Assembly: GCA_024679065.1 (NCBI GenBank)
Contig: JAGIQG010000003.1
Span: 54,746,001-54,810,000 of the forward strand
From: Sphyrna mokarran
Taxonomy: Eukaryota
Length of the DNA: 64,000 bases
Reading direction: 5' to 3'
The notes beneath the pieces were generated by a model. That model did not search any database, had not been told where the DNA came from, and saw only the letters and a program-made list of their open reading frames with translations. Position 1 is the stretch's first letter; each line of letters starts with the position of its first letter. Shown piece by piece: positions 1-14,125 of the stretch. The position numbers were made by a program, and so were the translations under genes.

Positions 1-234
1 GATTGCTATCTTTATTTTACAAGTTAGGTTGGGTCTGAAATTACTGTTAATTGTCTGGAAGGAATTTCTGGAGATGGAATTTCAAACCTGGATTGGATAT
101 ATTTTTGCAAAGTTCTCTTCTCACTTCCCCTATAACCCAAAAGCCTCCTACTCACTCATTCAACCTCATTCACCCCTAATTGGAAAAACAAACAAGTTTA
201 ATCAAGGCAAAGGTGAAGTCATTAATTTGGAATC

Positions 235-720
235 TTTAAAAAAGGAGTTAATATTTCTAAATGGTGAAGATCCAAATAGACTTGGGGCCCAGGCACAAAG
301 GTCATTAAATTGTTATGAGCAGATACAGAAAATAATCAAACTGGTGAATGATGTGTTGCCCTTTCTACCAAGAGAACTGGAATAAAATGAGTTAAAAGTC
401 ATGGATCAGCCATCTAGTTAGATCACACCTGCAGTATTGAGAGACGGTCTGAGTACCAAACATTAGGAAGGATGTATTGGCTTTCGAAGAAGTATAGCAT
501 AAATTTATTAGAATGATACCTGAGGCTCCAAGAGTTAAAATCTGAGAAGAGATTTTAAAAAAAATCTATGCAATGAAATTTCAAAGATTAAAGGTTGATT
601 TGATTTGAGTTTTTTTTTCAGAAATGAAACAAAATAAAAAACATATTTAGAGAAACTAGTTATAAATTAGAGCCAGATCTTTCAAGTCTGAAATTAGAAA
701 GCATCACAGTGTGTAATTGA
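235..720 (+). mobile_element. Old CR1 LINE fragment
   Basis: Degenerate RT C-terminal sequence (RSHLQY, RKDVLA). Confidence 0.55.
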
Positions 721-837
721 GACAGAGGGGCACTCTCCCATCAGCTGGTGAATTGGCAAAAGCCACATATTTGGCCCACAAATATTAATTACCTCGCAGC
801 ACTTGGCCATTGGCGGGCTTGCGATTAAGGCAACTAA

Positions 838-1741
838 GGGGGCGATTTTACCATTTTGATTCTAAGTGCTGAATCCAGGCACAATTCAGATCTGATTTGT
901 AAACCTGTTCTCCAGCACCCGCATACACACTCAGCCAGAAAAAAAAATTACAAGACTGAATTGCGTTGTGGATGGGGCTTATCGCGCCTGAAACACTGTT
1001 GCTTCAATCGGAGCTTTGAACTGCACAGTGGAAAAGAAATTTGAAAAGCACTCCCCTGTCACATCGCTCCCAGGCCGCAATGGCCCAACAGGCATCGCCC
1101 CATCTCCACAACATAACTGTCCCCCTTATCCACTCACACTCCTACCCAAACCGATCGTGATCCCCCGCCCCACTCCCCTCCCCACCAATCGCCTACAAAG
1201 TGGCAGCGGACCTCCTCTGCCCACGTCCCCCCCTGCTCCTCCCCCACCAGAGATCCATCTGGCTCCCACCCCCCCACCAGAGAATGATCTGACCCTTACC
1301 CTCTACCCCCCCATCCCTCCATCAGAGAACAAACTGCCCCTCCTTCCCCTCTCCCAACCAGAGAATGATATGGCCTCTCTCCTCCCAGCCACCCCCTCCC
1401 TACCATCCCTTCCCTCCCCCCACCACCGATCTGAGTCAGAGAGCTGTTAGAAACATTGGACTTACTTCTTCAGAAGCTGGAGCACCCGAAACAGACTTGC
1501 CGAGCATGTCTGTTTCACACGCCAAATCTGGACGGGCGATGGCAAAGAGGGAAGTGCTGGTAAGATTGGGTGTCCACCTCATTAAGTCAATTTAAATGGT
1601 TTGGATCGTGGCCATTTTCGGGCCTTGGTAAAGTGGGCATCTGTGCACACGTGGGCGCAGATCACGCTAATTGCCTCACACCCTACTTTTATCAAATTTT
1701 TGTGCCTGAACATGGGCACGGCACATTGGTAAAATCAGGCC
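838..1741. mobile_element. Non-autonomous TIR DNA transposon (Harbinger-like MITE)
   Basis: TIRs ggggcGATTTTACCA (839-853) and TGGTAAAATCaggcc (1727-1741), preceded by TAA; C-rich internal tract. Confidence 0.65.
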
Positions 1742-2599
1742 ACAGGAGTGGAAATCACATTCCCCAAGACTGACTGGCCAATCAGAGGTTGGTATCTGCA
1801 GGCAACATTACTCAGGGAAGTGGTGGCAGCCGCGAGCATTGCACTCACCCAGGCCCAGTGAGTGAAGCAAGGATGGGTCAGAAGCAAAGCAATGGATTGG
1901 CTTTCAATACCCACCCCCACACACCCACCCTTGGCTCCTTCTCCTCAACATCATGTCCCTCATCAGGCACTAAATTTCCAGAGAAAGAGTGAATGCCTCA
2001 GAAGCCAGGAATTCCAACAGGGTTTTCTTTTCAAGCTTTCCACGTAGCAATTGTCCCATTCATCACTGATTCAACGCAAACAGTGAAAGTACGAGGGCCT
2101 TAAGTGCATGTCCGTTGAAAGGTGTCAACTGGTGGCGGGCATGAAGGTTGTAATTGAGGCAGAGATGAGAACGTGGTGGGAACCCATCACCCGCCCATCT
2201 TGTTAAATGCACCCCAGTCCCTGCCTCCAATATATTATGGAGGATGGCGCTAAATTCCATCATATGTTTTGATGCAGAGGGTGGAAACAATTTAGAACAT
2301 TGTTCCACAAACAACACTGCTGGCTACATCATTTTTTAATATCTACATAATTTGACCATTGAAGCTTGAAAGATCTTCCCAGATATGAAGTTGATTCATA
2401 CATCGAGTGTAAAAATGAACTACAAGTGTGAGTGTGGATGGTTAGCAGCTATGTCTGTCCTGTGTGAGCATGAGTTCAATCCCCATGCATCTTTACAACA
2501 CAGCCTATTTAGTGTTTAATTCCTTTCACAAGTTACTAGTAAGTAAAATATCTACTTGTGTGGTGAAAAAAAACATATATGTTGAAAACAAGCAAAACT

Positions 2600-3104
2600 G
2601 GGGGAGTTTAGAAGCAGTGAATGCAATTTCAAAATAAGGGGGAAGTTACTTAGTACTAAGATTGAAGAATTTTTTTTACTCAAAGTTGTGAATTTTTGGA
2701 ATTCACTGCCCCAATCATTGAGCATATTTAAAGCAGAGATCGACAAATTTCAGTAATGCAAAGCGATATGCAGGTAGTGTGGGGAAAAGCATTGAAGTGG
2801 ATAAGCCATGATTATCATGAATAAATGAGCAGGCTTGATGGGCTGAATGGCCTACCCTGCTCCTATGTTCCTATGTAAAAACAATTGCGGCTGAAGAAAT
2901 TGGGTAATCTTATACACCAGATCTATTTATATGCCATGATCCATGGTAACTTAAAACTGAGATTGTTATATTGAAGCAAAGATATTAAGGAATATGGGAC
3001 AAGGGTAGCTATGTGGATTTAAGTAACAGATCAGCCTTGATCCTATTGAATGAAAGAACATGCTCAAGAGGCTAAAAGGCCTACTTCTGTTTCTATGTTC
3101 TATG
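2600..3104 (+). mobile_element. Two CR1 3' tail fragments
   Basis: atggcctaccctgctcctatgttcctatg and ggcctacttctgtttctatgttct tails. Confidence 0.7.
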
Positions 3105-4489
3105 CTGTCCATCATCTCTAACACTTAGCTAATCATTACAGGCTGGGTCAATGAAAGTTGGAGCCAGCTACCCTTCCTTTTATAACCAATAGATTTAGGG
3201 GATTGTGCCAAGTCCAGCCTAACCCACCTCCGTTGAGTCCTATTAAAGAAAACAATCTTCAATATGGAACCACAAGCTGCTCTGCAGTATGTGTTTGTGA
3301 CATTGCATTGCTAACTATGAATTTCCATAGGGAATTTGTCAAATCTTTCACCAGAACTTCAGTTAAAATGCTTCTGAGCCTTTCTCACAATTTCCGGAGA
3401 TTACAGTGGACCATTGGGAGGACTTTGTGGAAAAGTTCAACTCCATAAATTTCAATTAATCTTACCTGTCAGCAGTGGCAATTGGCTTTACGTTTAGGTT
3501 TGAAAACAATTTTCAGCAGTCTTTAAAGTTCATTACTTTTTTTAAAATGGCAGATTTCCACTCCACAGTGACTTAACTGTGCTTAAATTGTAAAGAGCAT
3601 GTCTCTCACCTGATCTTCCTGACTCAGGCCAGGCGAAACTCAGACTGCAAAACATGTCCAAAGCTCCAGCAGCTAATTGTAAAGAAGCAGAGCAGAGGAG
3701 GTCAGGACCCCTTTTTTAAGTATGTATTGCCATAAAGCAGGTGAGATTAAAGGTCCTTTTGAAAGAGAGGTGGTAAGTAAATGTGATACAGATGGTCAGA
3801 TATTGACCAGGCTGAAGGGTTCAAATATTGGTGAGGGTGGATCCAAGCATGGGAAGGATGCCTGAGACATCAGTGGAGAGGGTTCAGACATCAAGTGGAT
3901 AATTAGACATTAAAGGGGATGCAGGTGGGAGTGAGAGACTGGATCTGGCGGTGAGGAGCGGGCAAGGGAGGGGTGAGGAATACCGTCAGATGCTAAATTT
4001 GGGGGAAGGGGGATGGAGAGGTGGCGATTGGGTGTCCTGAGCAAAGCTTAGTTTGGGTGTTTAGAGTGCTTTGTTTCTCTTTTAACTCTTTCAGAGTAAC
4101 TATGACTGTAAAATTGGCAGAACTATTGTAAGTTAGAAATTTTAGTTGCTTTATTGGATGGTTCCCAACACAATTGCCTGGAGTAGCTGTCCAGGTGGTA
4201 TAGAGGAATGACAGCAATGAGATCTCAGACTGATGTGACCTCAGTAAGAAGAGAAGAAGGATGTCTGAGCAATTTCAGCTGCACACAGTCTCAAAGTTAA
4301 TGGAATGGATGAATACTTAGGGTTCAGGGTTCAACGCTTATTTGCATGGCATCTTGAGGCACTCAGCTTGCTTCTGTGCTGGACCCTAATACCTGCCAGT
4401 GAGGATCCATTAGCCCCCAAGGCTGACATCAATATCCAGATGACCCTGGCCATTCATAACAAGTAAGAATATTGCCCTCCTGGGAAAAT

Positions 4490-5280
4490 CCTGAGTGTTA
4501 GAGACCCGAAGGAGAAGAAGAACTAGACGGGAGGCCAAAGGTGATTCTGAGGGCATAAGCTGGGACCAGGTCTGTTCTGGCAATGGGAAGGCAGTTGAGC
4601 TATGAGTGAGAAATTGCCAGCGGATAAGGTCTGGGACTAGCTGCTTCCGGGTCCAGAAGGCCAATGAGTCAGGGAAGGTAATGATGTTCCACAACTATGA
4701 CACCATCCTGATTCTCACTCTCTCTCTCTCTCTCTCACTTGCTGTCCCACAGGAATTGGACCAGCATCAGTATGGCCATTCCATTAGTAACTGTGCTGGA
4801 AGATTACAGATTCCAGCAACAATATGCAATGGCACCAAGGGAACACCAGGGTACAGAAGGAGACAAGGGTGCTACAGGACAGGCCATAGGCCACACCAGT
4901 CATGCAGGGCAATGCACATCTGCCCTCTTGGTCAGGCTGCTGGCACAAACCAATGCTGCAAGCATCTCCCGACAGGAGTTGTCATCTTTCTGCAGAGTTT
5001 CCTACCAGTCTGAGGGCATATTGTTGCACATCTCTCCTCATAGCACCCAACATACAGGTGAGGGCTCCCTCCGTGAATCGAGGAGCTGGTTTCCTTGCTG
5101 CCATCCTCCTGATTTGAATGCCAGCAATTGCTCTGGGGCCATTTAAATACAGCGCACCCTTCATTAAAGTAACCCTTGGGGCTGGAAAAATCAGACACTT
5201 TGCACTCCAGCACAGCGTTTTTCATGTGGGGGAGAAATGCTTTTCTAAGTGCTTGAAATTTGTGGTGCAAATCCTGCCAT
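4490..5280 (-). pseudogene. Harbinger/PIF-type Myb/SANT-like gene remnant
   Basis: MAARKPAPRFTEGALTCMLGAMRRDV resembles the R.PRFS...L..L...V..RR start of Myb/SANT-like transposon proteins. An intron-like CT tract lies at 4719-4737. Confidence 0.5.
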
Positions 5281-6289
5281 GGTACGAGTAGGAATCACAC
5301 CTATCTTCGTCCCAAGGAAAGCACCTTTGTCATTTTTTTGGGAAACCTCCACACATAGTCAATGTTAGAATCTAGGAAATTGAATAGCCTATTTGCACAC
5401 AACAAACTCCCACCAAACAGCAGTGTGATAAATCTGCTTTTAACGGTGCAGATTCAGTGAAAAGACTGGGCCAAAAAAACAGGAGAACTCCTCCCCTGGT
5501 TCTTGGAAATAATAAACTAGAAGCTTGTGAAGAGGACTAAAACTGTTAAATATGCACACTGGAAAATCACAATTTTATTCATTTAAAAATGAACAGGTAA
5601 AAGTTTTGAATTGGAAGTTTTTGATGGCGGAATGGTGCACAACACAACATTTGTTCAAACTACACAAGATAAGCACTTAGCTACATAGTAAATTACATTT
5701 GGGATTTGCACACGGACACTGGTACTGCGCTGCAGCAGTAATTAGAACATGCCACAGTAAAGTACAGACATATTGCTTCTTATAGAATTTAAAGCAACAG
5801 TTGCAGAATGTACACTGTAATAGAACTGCACAGGCAAAGAAATTACTTCTATGCTTTTCCCAATATTAAAGAATAATCTCATAACAGCAAACACAATGAA
5901 CTCTGGAATTTTGATTTGTTATTGATGCTAGTTGTTTATCATCTTTCATTTAAGTTTTTTATATTTAAAAGCAATCTTTTACAATCTAAAATTTGTGGGA
6001 CAGTGACATTTTCTTAAAGTTATTTTGATAGACTGCTATTATGTATATGATTCAGAACTACCTCCTCGCATGGCTTAATCTGACTGCTGTCTACTAGGAT
6101 GTTGGCCTTCTGCTGTTTTTCAGATAAATAGGGCAATCCAAGAGGTCATGGAAATCAAATTCAACTTGGTCAATAATGCAAAATGAACTATCACAGACCC
6201 AGCTCCTAATCTTCTGGACGTTTTTCTCCCCAAAAGACAAATGGATGAATGTGAAATGTTCTGCAGACTTGCCATTGTTTATTTTACCT

Positions 6290-6830
6290 GACTGCCAACC
6301 TCCTCAAACTCTCTCCTCAACGTCATTCTAACCTCTGTAAACTTGAGATCATCCAAAACTATGCTGCCTATGTCTTAACTTGCAGTAAGTTTAGTCCTCT
6401 TGTCACCATGTGCTTCCTGACCTAAACTGGCTCTCAGTCAAGCAACATATTAAATTTAAAATTTTCCTTTGTGTTTTCAAATCGCTTCATATCCTTGCCC
6501 CTGCCCATCTCTGTAATCTCCCCTACCTTCACAACTCTGCAATATATCCATGCTCTTCTAATCCTGCTGTCTTTCACACCTCCAGTTGTAATTACTTATC
6601 GAAGTTGACACTGTATTCAGTTACCTGTATCCCAAACTCTGAAATTCATTTTCTTCATCATGCTTTCCTCTTTTAAGACAATCCCTCAATCCGATGTCTT
6701 TGATCAAGTTATTGACCATCTGACTGAATATCTCCTGATGTGTCTAGGTGTTGTATATACTTTTATAATGCTCCCAGGGAGCGCCTTGGGACATTTCAGT
6801 TTATTTAAAATTCTATGGAAATACAAATTG
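6290..6830 (+). mobile_element. L2-type LINE 3' fragment
   Basis: IIQNYAAYVLT and DLNWLSVKQHIKFKI (the LHWLPV..RI.FK motif of L2). Confidence 0.7.
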
Positions 6831-9800
6831 CTGTCTAATATTAAAACCAATATAAAAGAACATTTATTTTTCAACGGTTCTAATGATGATACTTCTATAT
6901 GGGAAAGATTTTTTGACCAAGTTGTGTGGGCAACAATAATTCTGAAAGGAAACTTACCTCAGTGAGGTTCTGATACAATTCACTGATTTAAATATTATGT
7001 GGGCTTCTCTGACCCCTCTCCTGGTGGAATCTTTCAGTCCTGCCAAAAGTGATTTCCTCCTTCGCATCCCCCTCACCCCATCGCCCTCCCAACCCACCCA
7101 TCCAGCGGCGGTTCCTCTGGATGGATGATCTGTGCAAAATGCCTCAGATATTGGAGGGACTGGAAGATCCCACTGATGGCAAAGGGTGGACTTTGCTATG
7201 AGGGGAAGGGGCAGGGGGAAGGATTGGTGACGGTGGTTCCTTGTCATTAAATCTGTTTCAGTCTTTTACAGATATTACAATATGGAGATGTTGCCAGACA
7301 TGCAGAGTGCTTCCAGCATTTTCTGTTTTTATGTTAATGTGTGTGTGGATGCACAGTCAGGCTGCCACAGATTATACAAGCATACATTTTTCAAATTCCT
7401 GGGGTAACAAAAATGAGTGCTATCACACATTGCATCGCAGCACCATTCCTGCTCTAACTTCCTGCTGTTTTGGGAACTGAATCACAACAGCAGACAATAA
7501 TTCTTGTGATACTTTTGTAAAGGTGAAGATGCCAATCTCTGAGAGTTACCCAGAGTTGTTGTACCTACTGTTGATACGTAGCAATTAGTTTTTAATGGTG
7601 ACCATAACCTAACCATCATCAGTCTGAGATAGAAATCTGAAGAGAGATCAAAGTAGCAACACATAGTATATTCAATTTTCAACCTTGGGGAAACTTAACT
7701 TTTCTGAATAAATTAGTTGAGGCAATAACAAGAATAGTATAAATTGTACAAACTGCTGACACTATTGATAGTTCTTGACCAATGTAGGCTGTAGAAAAAA
7801 TGCAAAATTGGGTATTATGAACAAGTGTGAGCTTTATTTGGTATTAAAAAGGGAATATCTTTTAAGGCAATGCCAGTCCCAGTTAGAAATGGGTATGTAA
7901 GAATGACCACTCTTCCTTTGTTCTGGCATAATTAGAAGGAATAATGCCTGCAGTCATGTGTTAAAACATGCTGCCTGTAAATTGCTTTTTATACTTGAGT
8001 TCAAAAATTAAAGTGATTGAATCACTTACTGACTTTGTTCTTAGTCCAGTAAACAACAAGAAAGGCTTTTTAATAGCACCCACATTGTCTTTCATCTCTC
8101 AAACCGACAACAAGTAGTAGGAGTAGTGTTGAGGATGAAGGAGAGTGCCAGTGGCAACTTAATGAAGTTGAGGGGATGAATTGAGGGAGGGGAGTGTGAA
8201 TGAGAGGTGCAGATGAGAAGTGACAATACTAACTGAGAGAATTGTGAAAGCTTTCAGCACAAACTAGGTGGTGGGGGCTTTGGGAGAGAGAGTGCAACAG
8301 TAAGAGAAATGCCATTGTGCCTCCTCTTTCCAAAATGAAAATGGGACAAATATTTCCTCTACTCTTATTCCCTCACCAGTTTCTTAAACAATTCCCCCTC
8401 CCTGCCGAAAACAAACTGCAATCAGCTCCACAAATGGACAGTTTCATTAAGTGTTTTGCTATTTGAAAAACATTTGGAGCATTTTTGTAAATATGATGTC
8501 CTGAATGTGAAATCCTGTTAGTGTTCTGAATGCAATAAGTCATCCAAGCCATTTATCATTTAGAATAAAAGGCAAGCTTACAATAACTCCCTTAGTAATT
8601 CCTTGGATGGGACAGTAGTTAGTCATTTGCCATGTTAATTTCATTCTGCATCAAATCCATTTGTCACAGAAACTTTATTTCAAAAATAACATTCATTAAT
8701 GTAAACAAAGCAGACATAGAGTACATTACAATTGGCAATAGGGCCAATTATGTCATGCACGCAGGAGACTGATCTTGTGCTGCCCTGTTTGTTTGACACC
8801 AGTTTACACTTAGGGTTCCATAACTGTTGTAACGTACATTTACATTAATTAATTTGATGCCAAGCCATAATTTGTTAGATGAATCTAACATCGTTAGCAT
8901 CTACCATTAATTACATTTGCCCTTACATCTTTAATCTGGATGATATTTTATGCAATTGGAAGTGTAAGGTAATTAGATCCCATGGAGGAAAACGGCACAC
9001 TCAGGATCTGAGTGACCAAACAATTGTTGCCAAATTATTTGATGGATTGTGAATAACACAAGGACTGATCATTCCTAGCAAAGTTGTGGGTTCATTTATT
9101 TAGATTAGGCACATGGGAACAGTTATGTATAGGTAGAAAGCTTAAAGATCTCTGCAGCAGAACTGTATGTGGGTGCTTTGCTCAAAAGCAGAAAATGAAA
9201 CTAAGACTAAATTGAATTGAATTTTGCTTCCAGTTATGTCATTCTGCTACATCTTAAAGACATGTTATAACATTCCTCTTTCATTTAAAAGTTACTTTCT
9301 TCTTTCCAAAGAAATATAATGGTAATCATGTTAATGTTTAATGACTATTACATAAATACATAGAACGATTAATTTATGTATTTCTAAGGCTCATTTGTTG
9401 GTACATCAAGATCTTGCAATAACAGTCTGATCTGGAGATTTCTTTAACTGCGGACAATAATTGCTCAGTAGGATTGTCATTCTTGGATGTTTTTCCTAGT
9501 TGCATTTGTGATCTTGATACAATAGATACCTTTGATGCAATTGGACTGTACAGTGGTTTAGGATCTGGAATCAGAAATGGACAAAATTTGTCCTCTGTTA
9601 CATTTCATCACTGCACATTTTTGTATAATGACCTCATAATTCTGAATTCCAAATGACTCCTTGTCATCTCAGCTGATTGCCACGCACCTTTCGTGGAATC
9701 CTGGGTGTGAACGTGTTGTCCTAACTGCAAGCTTGACAACTCTTTACCCTCATTTTCATTGTGCACATTAGTTATCTTCTCTTACAGAATTAAAAGTTGT

Positions 9801-10404
9801 TGTGCAGTTTCTGAGGGTAAAACAAGTATGAGTAGTTAATTTGATATGCATTGATTTGCTAAACAACCCTGTCGGAATTGGAATAATTGCATATAAAGAT
9901 AAAGCTTTCTGGTGTAACAGAACAATGTGTAGATCTTATCTGTTCTGTTTACATTTGAGAATAAGAAATATCATCATGGAAATCATACATTCAATTACAC
10001 CATTAGATCTAGAATAATGAGAAGAGGTAAAGTGATTGATATTTCACTTTTCACATCTCAAATGTTTACCAATAATTGTAGCTTGTTATTCATATCTTAG
10101 TTGCACCAACTAAGCTGAAAATTTGCTAAAACATTCTGAATATTGTAATATTAGGTCATGGACTGAGGAAATAGTAGTTTCTGAGGTTGACCTACTATAT
10201 GAGGTCTGATTGATTCTACATATTTTCAGTACTGTGAGGTCATGGCTGGAGACCTACAATTGCTGCACTTTTTAATCTCTACGATTTAGAATGTCTGTCA
10301 CAGCCAAGAGGATTAATTAAACTTGTACTCAGAACTATGAAACCTGCACATGGAACCCTTGCACTACTGGTGATAATGTTCACACAATGGAGCCTTTGGA
10401 AGGC

Positions 10405-10645
10405 CCCACACCAGACCAGATCAGATAAGGATGGCAGATTTCCTTCCCTAAAGGACATTAGTGAACTAAGTGAGGTTTATAACAATTGTTGATGGTTTTA
10501 AGATCATCATTAAACCTTTAATTCCAATTTTTTATTGAATTCAAATTTTACCATCTGCCATAGTGGTATTCAAACCTAGGCCCCCAGAATATTATCCTGG
10601 GTCTTTGAATTACTAGTTTAGTGACAATATTGCTATGCCACTGCC
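10405..10645 (-). mobile_element. tRNA-derived SINE of a second family (plus-strand copy at about 13490-13780)
   Basis: ggatggcagattttccttccctaaaggacattagtgaac is the reverse of gttcacaaatatccttgagggaaagac near 13655; gttcaaat B-box-like head. Confidence 0.6.
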
Positions 10646-11069
10646 TGGCATAAAACTCAGTAAAGTAAAAATATGCAAATAGGTAACCTCTGGCCAAGAA
10701 CCATACTGCAATGTTCTTAAACAAACCTAAAAAAAACTGTTGTTGGTGCAATGGTGTATTTGGTTCTTGTTCAAAATAATAAAGATCTAAAAATAAAAAT
10801 CAATAAATGTGAAAACCAAAATATTGCAAAGTCTGAAATAAAAACAGAATATAGACAGATGATGCTGGAAAAATTTGGCAGGTCTGGCAGAATCTGTAAA
10901 GAGAGAAACGGAGACAGGCGAAGGTATATTGGAAGTGAGGTTCCAGGAAAATTAACAAAAGAGTTTCTGTCTCTATCCCTGTAATGGCACTTGAGAGTGG
11001 CATTCAGCCCAATGTAGTTGTTCTGGTCAGAAAAGAGAAAAAGAAAAACGAGCTACTTATTTTCATCCC

Positions 11070-11830
11070 ACTTTTCGACACATGTAGGTTACAACACTTT
11101 ATTTGCAAATTCAGGTACCTTTTAAATGAGTTGAGCATTTCAGCCTCAACCTCAGGCAGTGAATTCCAGATGCCCACCACCTTCTGGGTAAAAGACTTTT
11201 CCTCATGTACTCGCTGATCCTACCTACCACCTTAAATCTATGACACTTGAACATTTACTTCTTCCTGTCTACCCTATCTGGCCACTGTACACCAAGACAT
11301 CAAATCATCTACTCAGACTTTCTAAGGAAAACAACCACAGACTATCCAATCTTTCCTTATAGTTACAGTTTTCAAGTCTTGACTACATTTTTGTAAAACT
11401 CCTCTGTACCATCAGAGCAATTTTGTCATTCCTGTAATGTGGAGACTGGAACCATACATAAAATTTCAGTCTAATCAGCATTTTATATAATTCCACCATT
11501 CCATCCCTGCTTTTGCACTTAATACATCATCCAATGTGAAAAAAAACACTCCATATGTTTTCTCTATCACCTTTTCTTGTTACACTAAAGGACCTGTGGA
11601 CATGTCCTCCAAGTTCTCTCACTTCCTCTGTGCCTCTCAGTATCTTCCTGCTTACTGAGTATTTTCCTGTCTTGTTTGCCTTCTTCAAATGCATTACCTT
11701 ACATTTCTCCAGATAGAACTCCATTTTTCCACTTATTCAACCAATTCATTTGATATCATTGTGGAGACCACAGCTATCCTCTTCACTATCAATTACATGG
11801 CTAATTTTTGTATCAGCTGCAAATTTTAAA
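11070..11830 (-). mobile_element. CR1 LINE fragment
   Basis: FAADTK and MEFYLEKCKVMHL motifs, decayed. Confidence 0.8.
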
Positions 11831-12050
11831 ATCATACTTTTAAATCATACTTTCAAGTCAAAGTCTCATTTCCTGAAAATGGCTTCGGTATTGTGATGGC
11901 AGCCCACAATCAATTTGTAACAATTGTCTGGTGTGAATTTGATTTTATCAGTGTCATCTGGGAACCTGTTGCATCTGCAGCTTGTCAGATAACAGGTTGC
12001 ACATATAGAGCAGAAGGTCAGAACGCTAGGTCAAATAAATGAAGTTGCGA

Positions 12051-12370
12051 GGCACGGTGGCTCAGTGGTCAGCACTGCTGCTCCGCTGTGTCAAGCACTG
12101 GATTCAATTCCAACCTCAGGTCACTATCTAAGTGAAGCTTGCATGTTCTCCCAGTGTCTGTGTGGACTTCCTCTGGGTTCTCTGGTTTCCTCCCACAGTC
12201 CAAAGATGTGCAGGTTAGTTGACAGGCCATACTAAATTGTCCCTTAGTTCCAGGGGGATTCGCAGGGTAAATATGTGAGATTATGGGGAGGAGGCCTGGG
12301 TGGGATTATGAGTGCAGGCTCGATGAGCTAAATGTCCTCGTTCTGCACTGAAGGGAATCTGTGAAGATTA
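12051..12370 (+). mobile_element. V-SINE (shark HE1-like)
   Basis: tRNA-like head gcacggtggctcagtggtcagcactgc; V-domain gttctcccagtgtctgtgtgg...ggtttcctcccacagtccaaagatgtgcagg. Confidence 0.85.
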
Positions 12371-14125
12371 AAATGTCTAAGCATAAGGTCCTCTGCAGGA
12401 TGAAACTTGCAATTTTCTTCCAATCTATTACAGACTGTGATAAAGAATAGTGCTAGTTGTGAAGTGGTGACTAGTGCCTTTAGTGATTCAACTCCTCTTG
12501 CACCTTGCATATACACATAAACAATCTCACTATATACGCAGTAGAGGTTGTCAGTTGGCTTGCAGTCTCACCTGCCCTCCATCCCTCATTGGATGATGCT
12601 GTTGGACTCTTAATTGAATCTCTCTCTCTAAAATCACCCAAAAGGGTGTGTTGCTGCGGCAAGTGAGACTGAAACCCAAAATTTGTCCCAACTTCCGAAA
12701 ATTTTCAATGTGCAGCAGATTCAGCATAGAGTTTCAAGTTGATGACCTTTTGGAAATTAATGTCTATGATGGATAATGTAATTTTTAGAAAGTTGGGACA
12801 TAACAGGAGCTATTTTCCCAGCCTGCCTGACACAGGAATTGTAGGAGGCAGTTGATGGACCATGCAAAGGCCCATTGACTTTGAGCAGGATTTTTCAGCT
12901 TTAGAGCAAATATGGCCAGAAAGTCCCAATCCATATATTTTAATGTGCTAGGAGATGGGTTCATGACACAGACTAAAAACTTGTGTACTGTTATGTACTT
13001 GGATACAAAATATTCATTTCTTAAAGGAATGTCGATCTATTCAGATTTCACTGCATATGGTGTTATCAGCCATGGTCAAAATGAATGGCAGAGTACAACC
13101 AAATGGCTTACTCCTATTTCTAGTTTCTATGTTTCTGTATGTCCAGTGAAGTTCACCAATTATAGCATTCTCAGTTTTGCCACTACGTAGGTAATGTCAG
13201 TTAGGCTTCTTTTCATGTGATTGGCATTTAACTTCATTTAAAATTTATGCTGGTTTATTGAACCCAGAAAGCTTAGTTGTGATTATCATTTTGTCATTAT
13301 CTGCAGTAATATGGATTTTATTCCCTCTGATATTTCCTGATATATTTTATATTAGAAAGGTATACAGTCAGTAATTGAAATATTTCAGATATGGCTCTTT
13401 TCTAAGAGTACTGCTTGGGAAAACATTAAAAGACACTATTATGCTAACTCTATAAACTCTATAACTGTAGTTCAGTTTTATAGTATAGTTTTATAGTAAT
13501 CCAGACTCCTGAACTAATAACCAAGTGATCCAAGTTCAAATTCAACCATGGAAACTGGGGAGTCAAATTCAATTAACTACTTAAAACTAGCATAAAATGC
13601 TCCTTTCAACCACATAATCATAAAATAACTGGATGGTTAGCTTAACCCAGCTGGTTCACAAATATCCTTGAGGGAAAGACATATGTCATTTTTACCCATC
13701 TGCTCTACATGTGATTCCTGATCTACACCAACGTGCTTGATGCTAAACTGTGTTCTGAAATGGCAAAGTAAGGCCCTCAGTGATATCAAATACCTGTTAA
13801 CATGCCTAGAATAAAACAGGATGGACCACCCAGCATTGACCGAAGCATCTGACTTTGTAAGATTTACAGTTTTTAGGTATAAAAGCCAGCAAATTTCAAA
13901 AAAAACTCGAAGTCAGAATTTTTAATTTCTAACACTAAAGTCCTCAGCTGGGCTTAACTTACAATAACCTAGTATTTATGAATCAAGTAGAATTTATTGA
14001 TCAAGAATTTACAATGGCGAACAAGAAGCAGGGAAGATAAGAGACATTTCTCATCTCTCAGGATCCCACGTGCTGTCAGTACAGCTGATATCCCTCTCCT
14101 TTGTCTTTGAAGTGATGTTGAATTC

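Noticed and set aside
1016-1450. 144-aa proline-rich ORF
   Set aside because: Arises from the C-rich interior of a TIR element; no splice context or domain.
4606-5146. Plus-strand 135-aa ORFs after a CT-rich acceptor-like tract, as a host exon
   Set aside because: No recognisable protein; the minus strand is better explained as a Myb-like transposon remnant.
12051-12125. tRNA gene
   Set aside because: tRNA-derived head of a V-SINE, without a complete cloverleaf.
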